Assembly: GCA_002269645.1 (NCBI GenBank)
Contig: NIVC01000618.1
Location: forward strand, 445,711-509,710
Reading direction: 5' to 3'
DNA length: 64,000 bases
Origin: Macrostomum lignano
Lineage: Eukaryota
Positions within the stretch are counted from its first letter, which is position 1, and every line of letters starts with the position of its first letter. Below are positions 14,001 through 46,965 of this stretch, piece by piece. Under the pieces are notes generated by a model. That model searched no databases, was not told the origin of the DNA, and saw only the letters and a list, made by a program, of their open reading frames with translations. Both the position numbers and the translations under genes were made by a program.

Positions 14001-17000
14001 TATATACCACTCAATATTTCCTTTCAGGAGCGGCAATTCCTCAGTATTAGCAACAATATATTCACACTGATCTTCGCGATCGAGATGTTGGTAAAAGTAC
14101 TGGCCAAGGGCCTGATCATCGGGGATCACACCTATCTGCGAAGCGGCTGGAACGTCATGGACGGTTCTCTGGTCGCAGTGTCTCTGACAGACGCATTTGT
14201 CACTCTGTTGATGGGCAGCTCCAGCCGGATATTTGGCATCCTGAGAGTGTTTCGTTTGTTGCGGACTCTGCGACCGCTGCGCGTTATCAGTCGAGCTCCG
14301 GGATTGAAACTGGTTGTGCAGACGTTGTTGTCATCGCTGCGGCCAATTGGAAATATAGTGCTCATCTGCTGTACTTTCTTCATCATCTTTGGGATTCTTG
14401 GTAAGTTATTGGGTTTTTTTGTACATTATGTTTGTCTACTTACCTCTAGAAATTTGAATGTTCACAATAGAGTACGCTCGTACATTAACTTGTTCAAAGT
14501 AATATTGCGCTCAATTGGAGGATTAAAAATGTGACCTTGTAGTCAGGTAAACTAAAAAGGTAATTTTTTTGTAAGGATAGAAATATAGACTCATTAAAAA
14601 CTTCCGATAGCCTTCTAGTCTATCCCAATTTTTCAGGTGTACAACTGTTTAAAGGAAAGTTCTACTATTGCGAAGGTCCCGACGTGAAGAACGTCGTTAA
14701 CAAGACCGACTGTTTGGCCGACAAACGAAATGACTGGAAGAAGCACAAGTACAACTTCGACAATTTGGGCCAAGCTCTCATGGCACTTTTCGTGCTATCG
14801 ACGAAGGACGGCTGGGTGCAGATTATGTACACAGGATTGGACGCGGTTGGAGAAGACATGCAGCCTCAGGAAAACTACAACGAATTTCTATTGGTGTACT
14901 TTATCTCGTTTCTACTGCTGGTGGGATTCTTCGTGCTAAACATGTTCGTCGGCGTTGTGGTAGAGAATTTTCACAAGTGCCGCGCCAGCCAGGAGAAGGA
15001 GGAGAAGGCGCGACGGGCGGCCAAACGGGCTCGTCGAATGGAGAAGAAGCGGAAGCGTAAGTTGCACGCAGACCTGACAGCACTTGGGAAGCCCACGTTG
15101 AATGGGAGAGGCTGCTCGGGATAGTCAGTTACTGGATCAAAATGTGAACATCTATACGACTTATAAGATAGCCAGAAAGATTTTTCCCACAGGCATTCGC
15201 GAGATCCCGTACTGGGCTGGGTACTCACGTTGGCGGCACACAATACACAGCTTTGTGGACAGCAAGTACTTCGACCTGGTGATAGCTACCATCATTGGTT
15301 TGAACGTTATTACAATGGCTATGGAGTTTTATCTCATGCCGAAGGTAAGAAAAACGTTGAATAAATTCATTTTCCACATTATTTGGGGGTTGTGCACGAA
15401 GAGTTGGCCGAGCGTTTTTCGTCCGATTCACACCTCTGAAAGGTAACCTCTAAGGCACAGAGTGTGTACATGCCTGACGATTAGAAAGTCAGGGCCGCTG
15501 TACTCCTGTGTGAGGGTGAGAATGACTGTACGCTCGTATTAGAATATGCTCAGCGGAATGAATGGAATTGATTTAGAGCTGGTGAAGAATTTAGGAGTGG
15601 TGATCAATCACTCGAAAACTCCCACTTCTAGATACTGGGGAACAAGTGCCTAGGTGTATGCAAAATCGAATAGCTCTACTGCAGCGGATCCTTTAGTAGC
15701 TTGTATAGACGTCTGGGTTTGGAGTAGTGACTCGTTACATGTACCTCTGTGAGTCGTTGACTTTATCTGTGGGTCGACCAAAAGCGAGAGCGAATCAGAA
15801 TTTCTTGACGGTCCTCGAGTTTGGAATTAGCAATAAAACATGCGCCTTAATGAGCAACTGATTTCTCTCTGTTTCTGTAATAGGTCCTCCTAAAGGGCCT
15901 ACTTAATCTTAGAGTACTACTTTAAGTAGGGAATTACGGTATGGTTTTAATAGCTCTCTACACTGGTTGGGAGAAGATGCCACCGAAGGCGTTGCTCCCG
16001 CAGCCCTCTTGCAAATATGTATTATATATTTTTTGACATTAATTGTAACCCCAACCTGATATGCCTTCTAAAAAATACAGGAACTTGACTACGCGCTAAA
16101 GACTGCAAATTACATATTCACATCCGTCTTCATTATCGAGGCAGTGTGCAAAGTGGTCGCCCTTGGCGCTAAGAGATACTTTAAAGACAGGTAGGTAGAA
16201 TGACTGCTCTCACCCGTACTATTTTCTAGTTCAGTAGTTGCAGTTGACTGTCTGAAAATGTTGCAAAAGGTCTTAAATTAAAACTGCATCATGGTAGCAA
16301 CAAAAGACTCAAGCGCACTAATTATTTAATAATGCTAAAATTATCAGCACTAGAAAGCAATCTTGACAGTATATTTGTATTGACCGTGGCTACCTGGCTC
16401 ATCACTTTCTATTTTGTTCCCGTCATTTACAGCAGGTGAGTTGACAAATTGCTCGCGAGCACGGAATGTCATAGCTGAGAATTGATGACGCCTTTTATCG
16501 TTGATTTTATTTTCGCTGCTTTGTCTGGAGTTTTTTGTTTTTATTCTGTTTCGCCTCTTTTGAAAAATATTTTCATAAGAAGTTTATGAGCTTTAATATG
16601 CTCCTGCCTGCAGCAGATACTCAGTGTGTTGCTTTTATTCTAGAATAGTCAGCTCTGCAAAGCGTGTGCATTTTTTGAGCACTGCATATACGAGCGTCGT
16701 ATTTATAGCTTTCGCCGATTCTGCAGATACTTTGTAGAGGTTTGATGAAATGAAGAGCTAGGCGGTGCTTCTTTTTGTTTTATTAGCATATTAGGGAGGA
16801 AGTAAGAAAATGGAAATAGTGAGAAGTTGGCAATGCGCCTGCCGTATGTTTATAGATATGATTTGGTTTCCAAAAAGTAATATTTCTTACAGTATAACAA
16901 ATTTAAAGTGCAGATAAATTACAGATAATTTTACCGATATTGACTATGCTTTTTTAATATAATAAGTAAATTAATAATCATTAATAAATGCTTGAAATTA

Positions 17001-19570
17001 GAATATCATTAAGCAAAGAGAAATTTCTGAAAGATCGCGACATTTGGATTTGTGCTTCCTAGAATTATCGATCAATACGGTAAATGGAAGTTTCTCGAAT
17101 GAAGGGCGCCACCGCTTTTTGAATTGAGAAAAACAATTTTGATATTCCAGAACATCAATGGTACTCTGAATATGATTATTCCGCGGTGTATTTTGATTGA
17201 TTTTTCGCCAAAATCAGTTGATTTTTTTGTTCAAAATGCGAGCGCGTTGTTTCGGTTTGAAACCACCAAAAGCACAGAAGACGATAATATTAAATGAAAA
17301 GTTGAATTGACGATAGTGAAGTGTAGAAGGTTTTAAAAAGAAATTTTATATTAAATATATTTTTTTCGAATTTCTTTGTCACTTTGAATCTGTAAAAGTG
17401 GATTACGGGTGGTACCGTTTGGGTTGTGTTTCATGAAAACTTTAAATAGTATGCGACGAATTTACATTTTTTAACCACAACGTAATAGCTATTTTGCCAA
17501 AAGTATGTATTTTAAAAACGTAATATAACTACGTCAGTCTTAGATTATTGTTATACTGTTGCATGTAAACCCAGTTTCACTAACTTAGCCAGGCAATTTA
17601 TTTTGTGCTGAAAGCGCTTGAACTTCTCAATTTTTTAATAACAGATGGAACCAGCTGGATGTACTCATCGTTGTACTATCGGTCAGCGGTATTGTGCTGG
17701 AGGAGATGGAGGCAAAAATTATACCAATTAATCCGACTATTATTCGGGTGATGCGAGTGCTGAGGATTGCTCGAGGTGAGTGGCTCTTCATTTCCAATTC
17801 ACGTGGGTCTACACGATTGGAAATTTAAATTAACACAATAAAACAAAAAATGCATTGACAGTTTTGAAGCTCCTGAAGATGGCCAAGGGCATCAGAGCGT
17901 TGCTGGACACGGTGATACAGGCCCTGCCGCAGGTCGGCAACCTGGGCCTTCTGTTTTTTCTTCTATTCTTTATCTTCGCCGCGCTGGGTGTCGAACTGTT
18001 TGGAAGGCTGGGTGAGTAGCAAGATCTCTGCTGATATCCCACCGATTCCACCAGCTTGTCTATATTTTCCATATCCAAATATCTCATGTATGTTTGCATG
18101 CGTGCAATGCGTAACCAAGTGCCCCTAGAGTAACAGGACGAAACGTTTTAAATCCACTGTAAACATTTGTACGTCCAAAGTCCTTCAAAATACATAAGCA
18201 GAACGTGTATAAATTTTGTAAGAGGTGGTTTCACAAGTTTATGGGCACATTGCAACTTAATTTAACTTTACTGAGTATTCGATTAACTTCCTGATACCCG
18301 AAGTTTTAAGTCCTCTTTCTACTGGAGGTCAATACGCATAACCTACTCTTATACTCGTTTAATGATTAGAAACAACTCTCCAACAGAGCTTTAGTTGAGC
18401 TTGAATTTGACACGAATTCCCTAGCTTAGTCGTTGCAAAAAACCATAGCTGAAACCATGATTTTAAACATGCGGCTATTTCAGAGTGCTCGCTCGACAAT
18501 CCCTGCGTGGGTCTGAATCGGCACGCCCACTTTGAAAATTTCGGAATGGCTTTCTTGACTCTGTTCCGCATAGCAACGGGCGACAACTGGAACGGTATTA
18601 TGAAGGACACGTTGCGTAAAAAGTGCGACGCCAGCGATCAGTGTGTAAAGAACTGCTGCGTATCTCACGTGATCGCGCCGATTTACTTTGTTGTGTTTGT
18701 ACTAATGGCTCAGTTCGTTCTCGTCAACGTAGTCGTCGCTGTCCTTATGAAGCACCTTGAGGTAAGTGGAAGCTGGGAGCCTAGGTGCGATATGCACCTA
18801 TCTAGCGGTTTGGCAAGGTATAGTAGAGTACAAGGGGTACAACCGGTAGCAAACTACGATACAAAATGATGAGAGTGAGCTAGTTGCGGTCTAATTCTTG
18901 CCTAAGCGACAATCACACACCGGAAAATCTTCAGGAGTCGCACAAGATGATGTCAGACGATGACGAATTGGAGAAGGAGATTCGACGCGAGCTCGAGGAA
19001 GAGAATCGAGAGAACCAACGGCAGAGGGATCGGCGAGAACGAGAGAGAAAGGAGGTGAGCACTTCATGTTCGTAAATAAAAACCGAATTGAAACTTCATG
19101 GGTGCTCTAAGAGGATTTTACCTGTGCCCCATCGACCCAATGACAATAAACTATACATGTACATGTACTTAAGAAAGGTAAGATATCTCTCTAATTTTCT
19201 GTTGCACCCGTTCCGCCAGCAGCTGACCCGCAATTCGGCGACAGTAGGCAACAAGACGACTCTAGCCGTTGCCAAAACTGTGGTTGTCGATGTGAACGCA
19301 TCCGCCTCAGACTTCGTTGTTGAGGACGGCAGTACCGCCAGGACTGGCGCTGCGGCTGCTTCCACTGCTACCGCAGAAGTTACTGACGAATACATCGCCA
19401 ATAGCAACGACGAAGAAGAAGATCTGCTGCTCCAGGAGGCTGAGCTCGAAGCCGTGGCTGCTTGCCGCAAAGCCTCACTGCCAGCCTCGGAAGCTGCGGC
19501 AGTGTCTCTGACTGGCGCATCTGTCGCTGCAGTCCAAAGTCTGCAGCCGTGTCTTGTAGAAGAGCGATGA
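1..19570 (+). CDS. Cav3: T-type voltage-gated calcium channel alpha-1 subunit (Cav3), 5'-partial multi-exon gene (I-II linker to C-terminus)
   Basis: Phase-consistent GT-AG exons: <1-455, (823-884 tentative), 2088-2208, 3337-3458, 3950-4101, 4206-4391, 5070-5223, 6668-6823, 9725-9866, 10407-10642, (10732-10805, 12119-12273 tentative), 13001-13383, 13501-13595, 13692-13815, 14028-14400, 14637-15056, 15193-15344, 16081-16190, 17645-17775, 17862-18011, 18484-18761, 18935-19054, 19220-19570. Pore motifs TQEDW (DII), STKDGW (DIII), TGDNW (DIV) give E-D-D, matching the Cav3 EEDD filter. S4 motifs [45 protein letters not shown]; Cav3 linker motif [10 protein letters not shown]. Confidence 0.95.
31..82 (+). 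repeat. (GGCTAC)n hexamer inside a Cav3 linker exon, encodes poly(Ala-Thr)
   Basis: Tandem GGCTAC in a frame open from base 2 to the donor at 456. Confidence 0.8.
490..680. repeat. (TGTC)n microsatellite, intronic
   Basis: Direct inspection. Confidence 0.95.
1311..2075. repeat. Compound (TGTC)n/(TG)n microsatellite, intronic
   Basis: Direct inspection; accounts for the spurious CLSV/TDRQ ORFs. Confidence 0.97.
3337..6823 (+). CDS. Cav3: Cav3 domain II exons (S1-S6)
   Basis: [25 protein letters not shown]; [22 protein letters not shown]; turret [29 protein letters not shown]; [15 protein letters not shown]; [17 protein letters not shown]. Confidence 0.95.
5413..6576. mobile_element. Non-autonomous hAT-like TIR element carrying an internal 21-bp minisatellite
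   Basis: 14-bp TIRs CAGGGGCGTCGCCA (5413-5426) and TGGCGACGCGCCTG (6563-6576), 13/14 match; 8-bp flanks ccaggaag/ataggaag (6/8) resemble a TSD. Confidence 0.6.
5575..6445. repeat. 21-bp minisatellite (TTTTAGCGCCGACGGTATTCC) x ~41
   Basis: Direct inspection, near-perfect units. Confidence 0.97.
7630..8070. repeat. CT-rich low-complexity tract
   Basis: Pyrimidine-rich (CT/CTC/CTT) degenerate repeats. Confidence 0.9.
10027..10316 (-). mobile_element. tRNA-derived SINE with CORE/Meta-like central domain
   Basis: Minus strand: A-box TAGCCTAGTGG, B-box GGTTCGATTCCC, then GTGTCCTTGAGCAAGGCCACTT...CACCCAGCTGTTAAATGGGTGCC and an (ATT)n tail. Confidence 0.75.
11380..11738 (-). mobile_element. tRNA-derived SINE (family 2), copy 1
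   Basis: Head GGGGCCGTAGCCCAGCGG...GGCTCGATTCC; poly-A tail; flanking TAGAAAGC duplication; homologous to 45774-46136. Confidence 0.85.
13692..15056 (+). CDS. Cav3: Cav3 domain III exons and start of the III-IV linker
   Basis: [18 protein letters not shown]; [10 protein letters not shown]; [34 protein letters not shown]; [14 protein letters not shown]; [18 protein letters not shown]. Confidence 0.95.
15193..18761 (+). CDS. Cav3: Cav3 domain IV exons
   Basis: [22 protein letters not shown]; [10 protein letters not shown]; [26 protein letters not shown]; [17 protein letters not shown]; [17 protein letters not shown]. Confidence 0.95.
15500..16010 (+). mobile_element. Degenerate LINE (CR1/L2-like) RT C-terminal remnant in a Cav3 intron
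   Basis: Fragments such as [10 protein letters not shown] and TGWEKMP resemble VKDLGV and WNxLP motifs; many stops. Confidence 0.35.
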
Positions 19571-20550
19571 GGTTCCTCGTCGATAACCTATTCTAGTCTG
19601 CGAAGTGGCAGAGTGACTCAGGAAGATGAGGTGCGACCATGTGCACGGACAATCTAAGCATCTTATGACGCTTGAAATTCCATTCCGAGACCTTCCCTCG
19701 TGGCAACCTGAATTTTGGGCAGAGAATCCTCTTACAGAAGAGACCAAACGTACTTCTGATTCACAAAGCCATCAAATAAAAGGACTGAGAAACAAAACTG
19801 CACCAACTTTGATCTCAGGTAATGGCGGTGGCGTGAAGAGGTTGGATTGCACATATCAATGGCGTGGAGTTGAGACGGGGATCTACTGGGAAAAGTACGC
19901 TAGCTACGAATGCATAGATTTTTATTTCGATTTGAAAATAATTGTTTGTATTTTTTTAAACATTGTACTCGTAAAAAGCCACTTGCGAACTTTTTTATCG
20001 TACATGTACGAGTATTGCCCTGAAAGGAACAACAATTTCATGCGATAAAAATGCGTTTTCTTCAAAACTCGAACCAGTTACCAGAGCTAGATTGTCTGTT
20101 TCACTTTCTCGCATAGTTTTAGCATGCTCAGATTTCTTCTAATGTTTGCCTGTTTTTTATTGACGCGATACAACATGCTCTACTGGCTATTGCTGGCAGT
20201 AGCAGTGTTCAAATTCGACATTCGAAGCAATCATGTCAACAGTTCCCTCCACTGCTACCTTGCGTCTGTTTGCGTCAGCCAAACATTTTTTATAGAAAGA
20301 TAGGCTCCATCTTTTGATAGATAAGTTTCAATTCCTGGTGTTTATGAGTAATGATCTTTTTGATTTGTAGACAAAGCACATGACGGCATCCCGCGACATC
20401 AACCAGCGCGCCTGAATCAAAACAGAGACCTTTGTTTGTTTTTGCATTTCATTTCACTTTTGATCTCGCCTTTTCTTCTCTGAATATAGTTTTCTACCCG
20501 AGGTAGTTGCAAGGCAAAGCTTCTCAGAACCACTGTCCAAAATGACACAG

Positions 20551-21198
20551 GTGTCACTGGTGAGTAGGTAGTGTCACTGGTGAGTAGCTAGTGTCACTAG
20601 TGAGTAGCTAGTGTCACTGGTGAGTAGCTAGTGTCACTGGTGAGTAGCTAGTGTCACTAGTGAGTAGCTAGTGTCACTGGTGAGTAGCTAGTGTCACTAG
20701 TGAGTAGCTAGTGTCTCTAGTGAGCAGGTAGTGTCAATGGTGAGTAGCTAGTGTCTCTAGAGAGCAGGTAGTGTCACTGGTGAGTAGGTAGTGTCACTGG
20801 TGAGTAGGTAGTGTCACTGGTGAGTAGGTAGTGTCACTGGTGAGTAGGTAGTGTCACTGGTGAGTAGGTAGTGTCACTGGTGAGTAGGTAGTGTCACTGG
20901 TGAGTAGGTAGTGTCACTGGTGAGTAGGTAGTGTCACTGGTGAGTAGGTAGTGTCACTGGTGAGTAGCTAGTGTCACTGGTTAGTAGCTAATGTCTCTAG
21001 TGAGCAGGTAGTGTCACTGGTGAGTAGGTAGTGTCACTGGTGAGTAGCTAGTGTCACTGGTGAGTAGGTAGTGCCACTGGTGAGTAGCTAGTGTCACTGG
21101 TGAGTAGGTAGTGTCACTGGTGAGTAGCTAGTGTCACTGGTGAGTAGCTAGTGTCACTGGTGAGTAGCTAGTGTCACTGGTGAGTAGGTAGCGTCACC
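20551..21198. repeat. 20-bp minisatellite (GTGTCACTGGTGAGTAGGTA) x ~32
   Basis: Direct inspection. Confidence 0.97.
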
Positions 21199-22069
21199 AA
21201 ATTGTATTACCGGTGTTTCCATAGCAACTCTTCAAAAACAACTAGACTCCCTATCAATTCAAATTTATTCTTAAACTACTAGCTAGATTGTCACTTTTCT
21301 CGATTGCATCTAGTTTTGAAGTTTTTGCAAACGTATTTTGCACCTTTGGTCTCCTCCATTCTTACAAGTAACTTAAGTAAATCCCATTCTTTAACTATAT
21401 TAGCATACTTGTTTCTCTGTCGTCATCTGTCTTTCCCTGTTACTATGCTAGTTTTCAATGCGCCCGTTATTTATTGTGCAGAGTCTTGTGTCGAGTCAGT
21501 AACTGTAATTTGCGAAAATTAATCGAACTCAAATACAAACGCGGTTTGGTTTGCAGCACAATTAACTCAATCTGGTAGCCATGACGAAGCCAAAATTATG
21601 AGTACACTCTTGTTTCTTGAGGCGTCTCTCAGCAGATTTACAATGCACTTCAATAATAGTAACATTTTATAATCACAAAAAGGGACAACAAAAATAAAAG
21701 GGGGGTGGCTCAAGACTCACTCGTAACTGCCAACGACAAAGAGTGACGCACAGAAAACCGTAGCATAATTATATGTTGAGACCGAACTTAAAGCATGAAT
21801 GAAATCTGGTGGCAAGATTTTTCTAGCTGGGAGATTTAATCGCATTTTCACATTTCAAAATTCAGCTTTGAATATGACAGAGCGGCTGGTCATTTGGCCA
21901 ATGGGTACAGTGAGTTTTGACGAGCAGGAGAAAAGTACTCCGAATCGGGTAAATCCTGTGGGGAATCCTACTCGTATACAAACCACCGAAGCAACGGGAT
22001 TCTTAGAGATAAAATCCCAAGTAGTCCCAAAAAATCCCTGAACTCCAGTCAAGTTCTTTTAGACAATGT

Positions 22070-22270
22070 TATCACAATCAGGCGAATCTCAGGCAAGGGA
22101 ATCCAATCAATGGGAATCCCAGGCACGGCAATTCAATCAGTCAGGAGACTCCCAGGAGAGGGAATCAATCAATCAAGGGAATCCCAGGCAAGGGAATTCA
22201 ATCAGGGGAATCCCAGGCAAGGAACTCGAATCAGGAGAATCCCCGGCAAGGGAATCCAATCAATCAAGGG
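22070..22270. repeat. Degenerate GGGAATCCCAGGCAA-type tandem repeat
   Basis: Recurrent gggaatcccaggcaaggga/atcaatca units. Confidence 0.8.
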
Positions 22271-22405
22271 AAATTTACAAGATCGACTTCAATTCGATTC
22301 TCAGAGACCCTCTGACAATGGGAGATCGCAGCAGAGCAAAAAGAATAACAAATCTCACAGAACCCTTGATTAACCGATAAGTCACAAATTATCGAGCACT
22401 CCGGA

Positions 22406-43015
<20,610 letters not shown>

Positions 43016-44534
43016 CAGGTCAGGGATCGCCTCAGGTCTAGGATTCCTTCAGGTCTATGATCGCTTCAGGTCACCGCTTCAGGTGAGGGATGGTTTTTAT
43101 TTGTAAAGAGCTTACAAACAAATATTGCACTCATTTACCCTAAATGACTACTTTCAGTAAGCGTATTTCGATTCCGATAAATGTTTTCAATGTAACTTCT
43201 AGCATGCAGGGCTTGAACGGCTTTGTATAACTAATATGATTCTCTGATTTAGACAAAATAATATAGAGGCTGCTTAACATACACGCGTTCATGCATACAT
43301 ATATAGAGTCATTAAAAAGTTAACAGATTACTGGTAGACATGGCAGGCAACCGGCAGATCAGATGCCAGAATTGCCGATCCTGCTCAGTTCCCAATGCAG
43401 GCTCTCAACTCAATGCGGTACAGTTTCCGGGTCTCAGACAGGTCACAATTGATATGAAATCAGGTATCGGATGAGAACTGAGGGGAGAAGCGGGACAGGA
43501 AGATGGAGTGGTTATTTATATTGCTGGTGCCGGGATGCCTGCCACCTCCGCGCAGTGAAGGCTTTTCAGAGTGGCGTACACAACCGGGGTGCTATTTGTT
43601 TTTCTGGAGTTGACATGGTCGCTCAACCAGATAATATGGTTCGCACAGATCCCATTTTTATTGTTTGGTGTAGCTACAAATATTGGGTGCTACAACTAAG
43701 AAAAAGAGTGAAAGCTAGGCTTGCCTGCATTGGGACTAGCCAATGACAGGACTGGAATGGGGCAGGAGCGGTTTTACCGGTGCCTGAGTGCCTGAGTGAC
43801 GGGCTTCGACCATAGACAATTTATGAGAGTTAGCTGAATGCTACGAGTATGCTGAAACAGAGGGATACAACATACGAGCGTAACTTTACTTCCCTCTTGC
43901 CAGTTACCAGCTTTGCTTTTGCATCAAATTTAACTCATCCGGAGATATTGGTATTTGAGTTTTCGCTTTTGAAAATTAATACACGGTTTGCGAGTGTTGC
44001 ATTTTTCTTTCTGAAGGTGTCTTTGGCCTATGGATTTATTATCCGTGCTTATAATTAAATATCAATACCAGCCGTACAGACGAACTTCATCGATGCTCAT
44101 ATCAGGGTTTGATTTTTAAATCTAGAAATCGTAATCCAGACTTGATGGAAGAGCAGCTAGCAGCTAGGAATGGCCTCGAAGCAGACTCTCCGAACATTCA
44201 AAGAGCAACTTTTCTCATTTTATCAGGTCCATGGTGCCATCCTAAATCACTAAGTGATAGCGCAAGCGTTAAAGCGAATATAATGTCGACTTCTTTGTGC
44301 TGTGCAACCTAAACCGCTAGAGACTGTTTAAACATTACTGTGTATGCGACTATAAGGTCAAATGGACCGCAATGAATTGAATACACTTGCACGGAGAAGC
44401 TCTCGAGATTTACCTGCTTGATTGACAGCTGTCGTCAAGCAAACAAAAGCTGCATCATTTTTGTGGGAAAGCAAGACAGTCTGCTCCGCTCTGACATGTG
44501 AAAGCAGAAAAGTCAAACAACGTCACTCTTTCGA

Positions 44535-44567
44535 CCGGAAACACGTGCCAATCCGATGCGCATAAAT
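44535..44567 (+). promoter_or_regulatory. Conserved promoter core of peptide gene A
   Basis: CCGGAAACACGTGCCAATCCGATGCGCATAAAT about 90 bp upstream of the ATG; ETS-like CCGGAA, E-box CACGTG, CCAAT, TATA-like CATAAAT; shared by all paralogs. Confidence 0.75.
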
Positions 44568-44658
44568 TCAGAACTCCCAACTGCTCAAGAAGTCAACTTC
44601 AAACTCGACTCAATCTACACACAGCTCGAAGACTCGACTCGACTCGACTCAAGCAATC

Positions 44659-44853
44659 ATGAAGTGGCAACTCGCTCTCGGACTTCTGCTGTGCGCAGCC
44701 CTGGCCGTCGCCATGCCCAGCCAGGAGGAGAAGGCCATGGCCGAACGTGTGCTGGAGGAGACTCTGTCCAACCTGGACGAGTCCAGCGTGTCGGAGGAGC
44801 AGATTCCGAAGCTGAAGAAGAAGATCTTCCGTGTTCATGTTAGGTTCGGTTAG
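44659..44853 (+). CDS. Secreted peptide precursor A (signal + acidic pro + KLKKKIFRVHVRF-G)
   Basis: Intronless ATG-TAG ORF; hydrophobic signal ending AVA; E-rich pro-piece; cationic C-terminus ending in Gly; paralogs conserve the frame. Confidence 0.88.
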   Translation: MKWQLALGLLLCAALAVAMPSQEEKAMAERVLEETLSNLDESSVSEEQIPKLKKKIFRVHVRFG

Positions 44854-45773
44854 ATAAGCACTCAGATACGCCTGAGATTGACAAGGCTTCATCGAAGATT
44901 ATCTGGCCCTGACAACTGACCTGACTCTGAACTTTTACTCGTTTGCGAATAATCCTTAAGCGTTGACAGTAAAATTAGTGATTACAGTTGAACCAAATAT
45001 ACAAACGAAACACCAACAATACTCTGTTTAAGCAACCCATGTAACTAAAAGCTCCTCCTTCTTAATTATTGTTTTTTATTTCTGAAAGTCGTGATTCGGT
45101 TTGGCCATAGTAGAGGAGTCATTAATTTATCATATTGCTTTTCTTTCCTTTAAAGGTCCAATGTTTTGACTCCTTATTTTGACTTCTTATCCCTGAGATA
45201 GGAAAATGAAACACAAAGCCAAATGAAGCAGTCGTTTTTATACGAGATCACCTACTTAAGAATAGTAAGATAAGATTTTGAACCGAATCATTTTATAGTG
45301 TGTGACTGTGCACCGATAAAATTGAATAGAACTTCAAACTTCAACGTGTGTGTTCACCAGTAAGGTTTTGGATTTGTGGTTTAGCTGTCTAAAAGTAAGG
45401 ACTCAGAAGCTGGTCCTGACCTATCACGAAATTGAGTCTTAATTTTACTCGTAAACACCCAATTTTACTCGGAGGCTCAATCTTGTACCTACTTTGTAGC
45501 AATCTACAGGCAGTTTACTGAATTTCACATATAAGTCCGTAAATTTAATGGTCTTTGCTGTTTCCCTCACCGCATTGATAAGTTATTTAAGCGGAAATTT
45601 ACAATGAGAAGGACTGTAATCTAACCTATTCATGTCGCAGATATTTTCAAAGATTTTTTGGGATGAATATGCCTTTTTCTAATTTCAATTTTTTTTTCAG
45701 AGAATGTGTCCCCGAAGATACCGCTAGGCATGTGTCTTTGGGTATGGGTCATTGGAAGTATGGTTGATGAAAA

Positions 45774-46136
45774 GGGGGGCTGTAGCCCAGCGGTAGCGCA
45801 GCTGCTCTGGTGTGCCAGCGACCCAGGCTCGATTCCAAGTGCAGTCACATTAATTTGGGGCTGAATTGGAATCTCGGCTTGGCTCTGCTCGTGCAATTAA
45901 CGGCCTTGAGAGCCAACCCCCCAAGGCGCAGTGAAGTGTACATGCCTAACGATAATATAAAGTTAGGGCCGCTGTTCACTCCTGTGTGAGTGTGTGCCTG
46001 CGTACGTATCCGCGCGCTTGTGTGCCTGCTCAGGGGAGTCGGCGGAATGGGCAGCAATGCCTCTCGCCGGTTGTGTGCCTATGTCGCTTAAAGTGCGCCA
46101 GGGTGCACACAACCCCCCTGCCTCTAATAAAAAAAA
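45774..46136 (+). mobile_element. tRNA-derived SINE (family 2), copy 2
   Basis: A/B boxes, poly-A tail, 14-bp TSD ATGGTTGATGAAAA; homologous to 11380-11738. Confidence 0.9.
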
Positions 46137-46829
46137 TGGTTGATGAAAATGTCCATGAGAATGTGTATAATATGAGTTTTATTTGTCTCCCTACTAATAT
46201 CTTACTCGTATTCGCTCGATCGCTCGATTCGCTCGAAACCTGTCTTTAGCTGAAGTTGGTTTTTGTCGTTATCCTGAAAAGTTTTTCAATTTTAAATCTG
46301 TTATGCGACCAAAGCAGTCGTCCATATACGAGCTATTATTTAATGATATGCAACTAGTTACTGAAAAGTCAAGCAATTAAATTAGTACAATAATTAAACT
46401 CTACCCTCAGTCGTTAAAATTCGCTTAGGGAACACACTGTAGGACTGCCGGTATTTGCTAGCTCATTTGGTGCGTGAACCTCGTCTGGGGGCACATCGCG
46501 TCACTTGAATTTTACTTGACGCGATTTCCCAGTATTGTACTTGAACAAGTGGGAGAAAATTCCATACTCGAATCCCCCATCGTCACAGAATGGAGCTGCC
46601 AAAGCACACAGAGGCCTGAAATAATTGCACGCGATAACTACTTGAAATATCTTCACTCGGGTATCTGCATTAGGCTTTGAAAAGGACATCGCTGTCTATT
46701 GGATACCGAACTTTTGAGAACTTCTTGCCAGTCTTAGTCAATAGCCTTCCAGTGCACCAATGTTATTTGGTTGAACTTGTACTGACACAGCATTAGAGCA
46801 GTACTTGACTTGTTTGATTGTCAAGATGT

Positions 46830-46965
46830 CATCAAACAAAAAGTACTGCAGACTCGCAGACAGCAAGCCAGTCACTGCTCCGCTCTTCTCACGTGAAAGC
46901 CTTCAACTCAAACAGCGCCGCTCCTCGGACCGGAAAACGTGCCAATCTGATACGCATAAATTCGC
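46830..46965 (+). promoter_or_regulatory. Orphan copy of the peptide-gene promoter (no downstream CDS)
   Basis: CTCACGTGAAAGCC...GGACCGGAAAACGTGCCAATCTGATACGCATAAAT (core 46930-46961). Confidence 0.65.

Noticed and set aside
15057-15192. Cav3 III-IV linker alternative exon 25c/26 equivalent
   Set aside because: In-frame read-through hits a stop, and no convincing second donor was found.
46480-46800. LINE-like 3' remnant (GIRVWNFLP) on the minus strand; similar hints near 56500-56750
   Set aside because: A single short motif amid stops; not enough to call.
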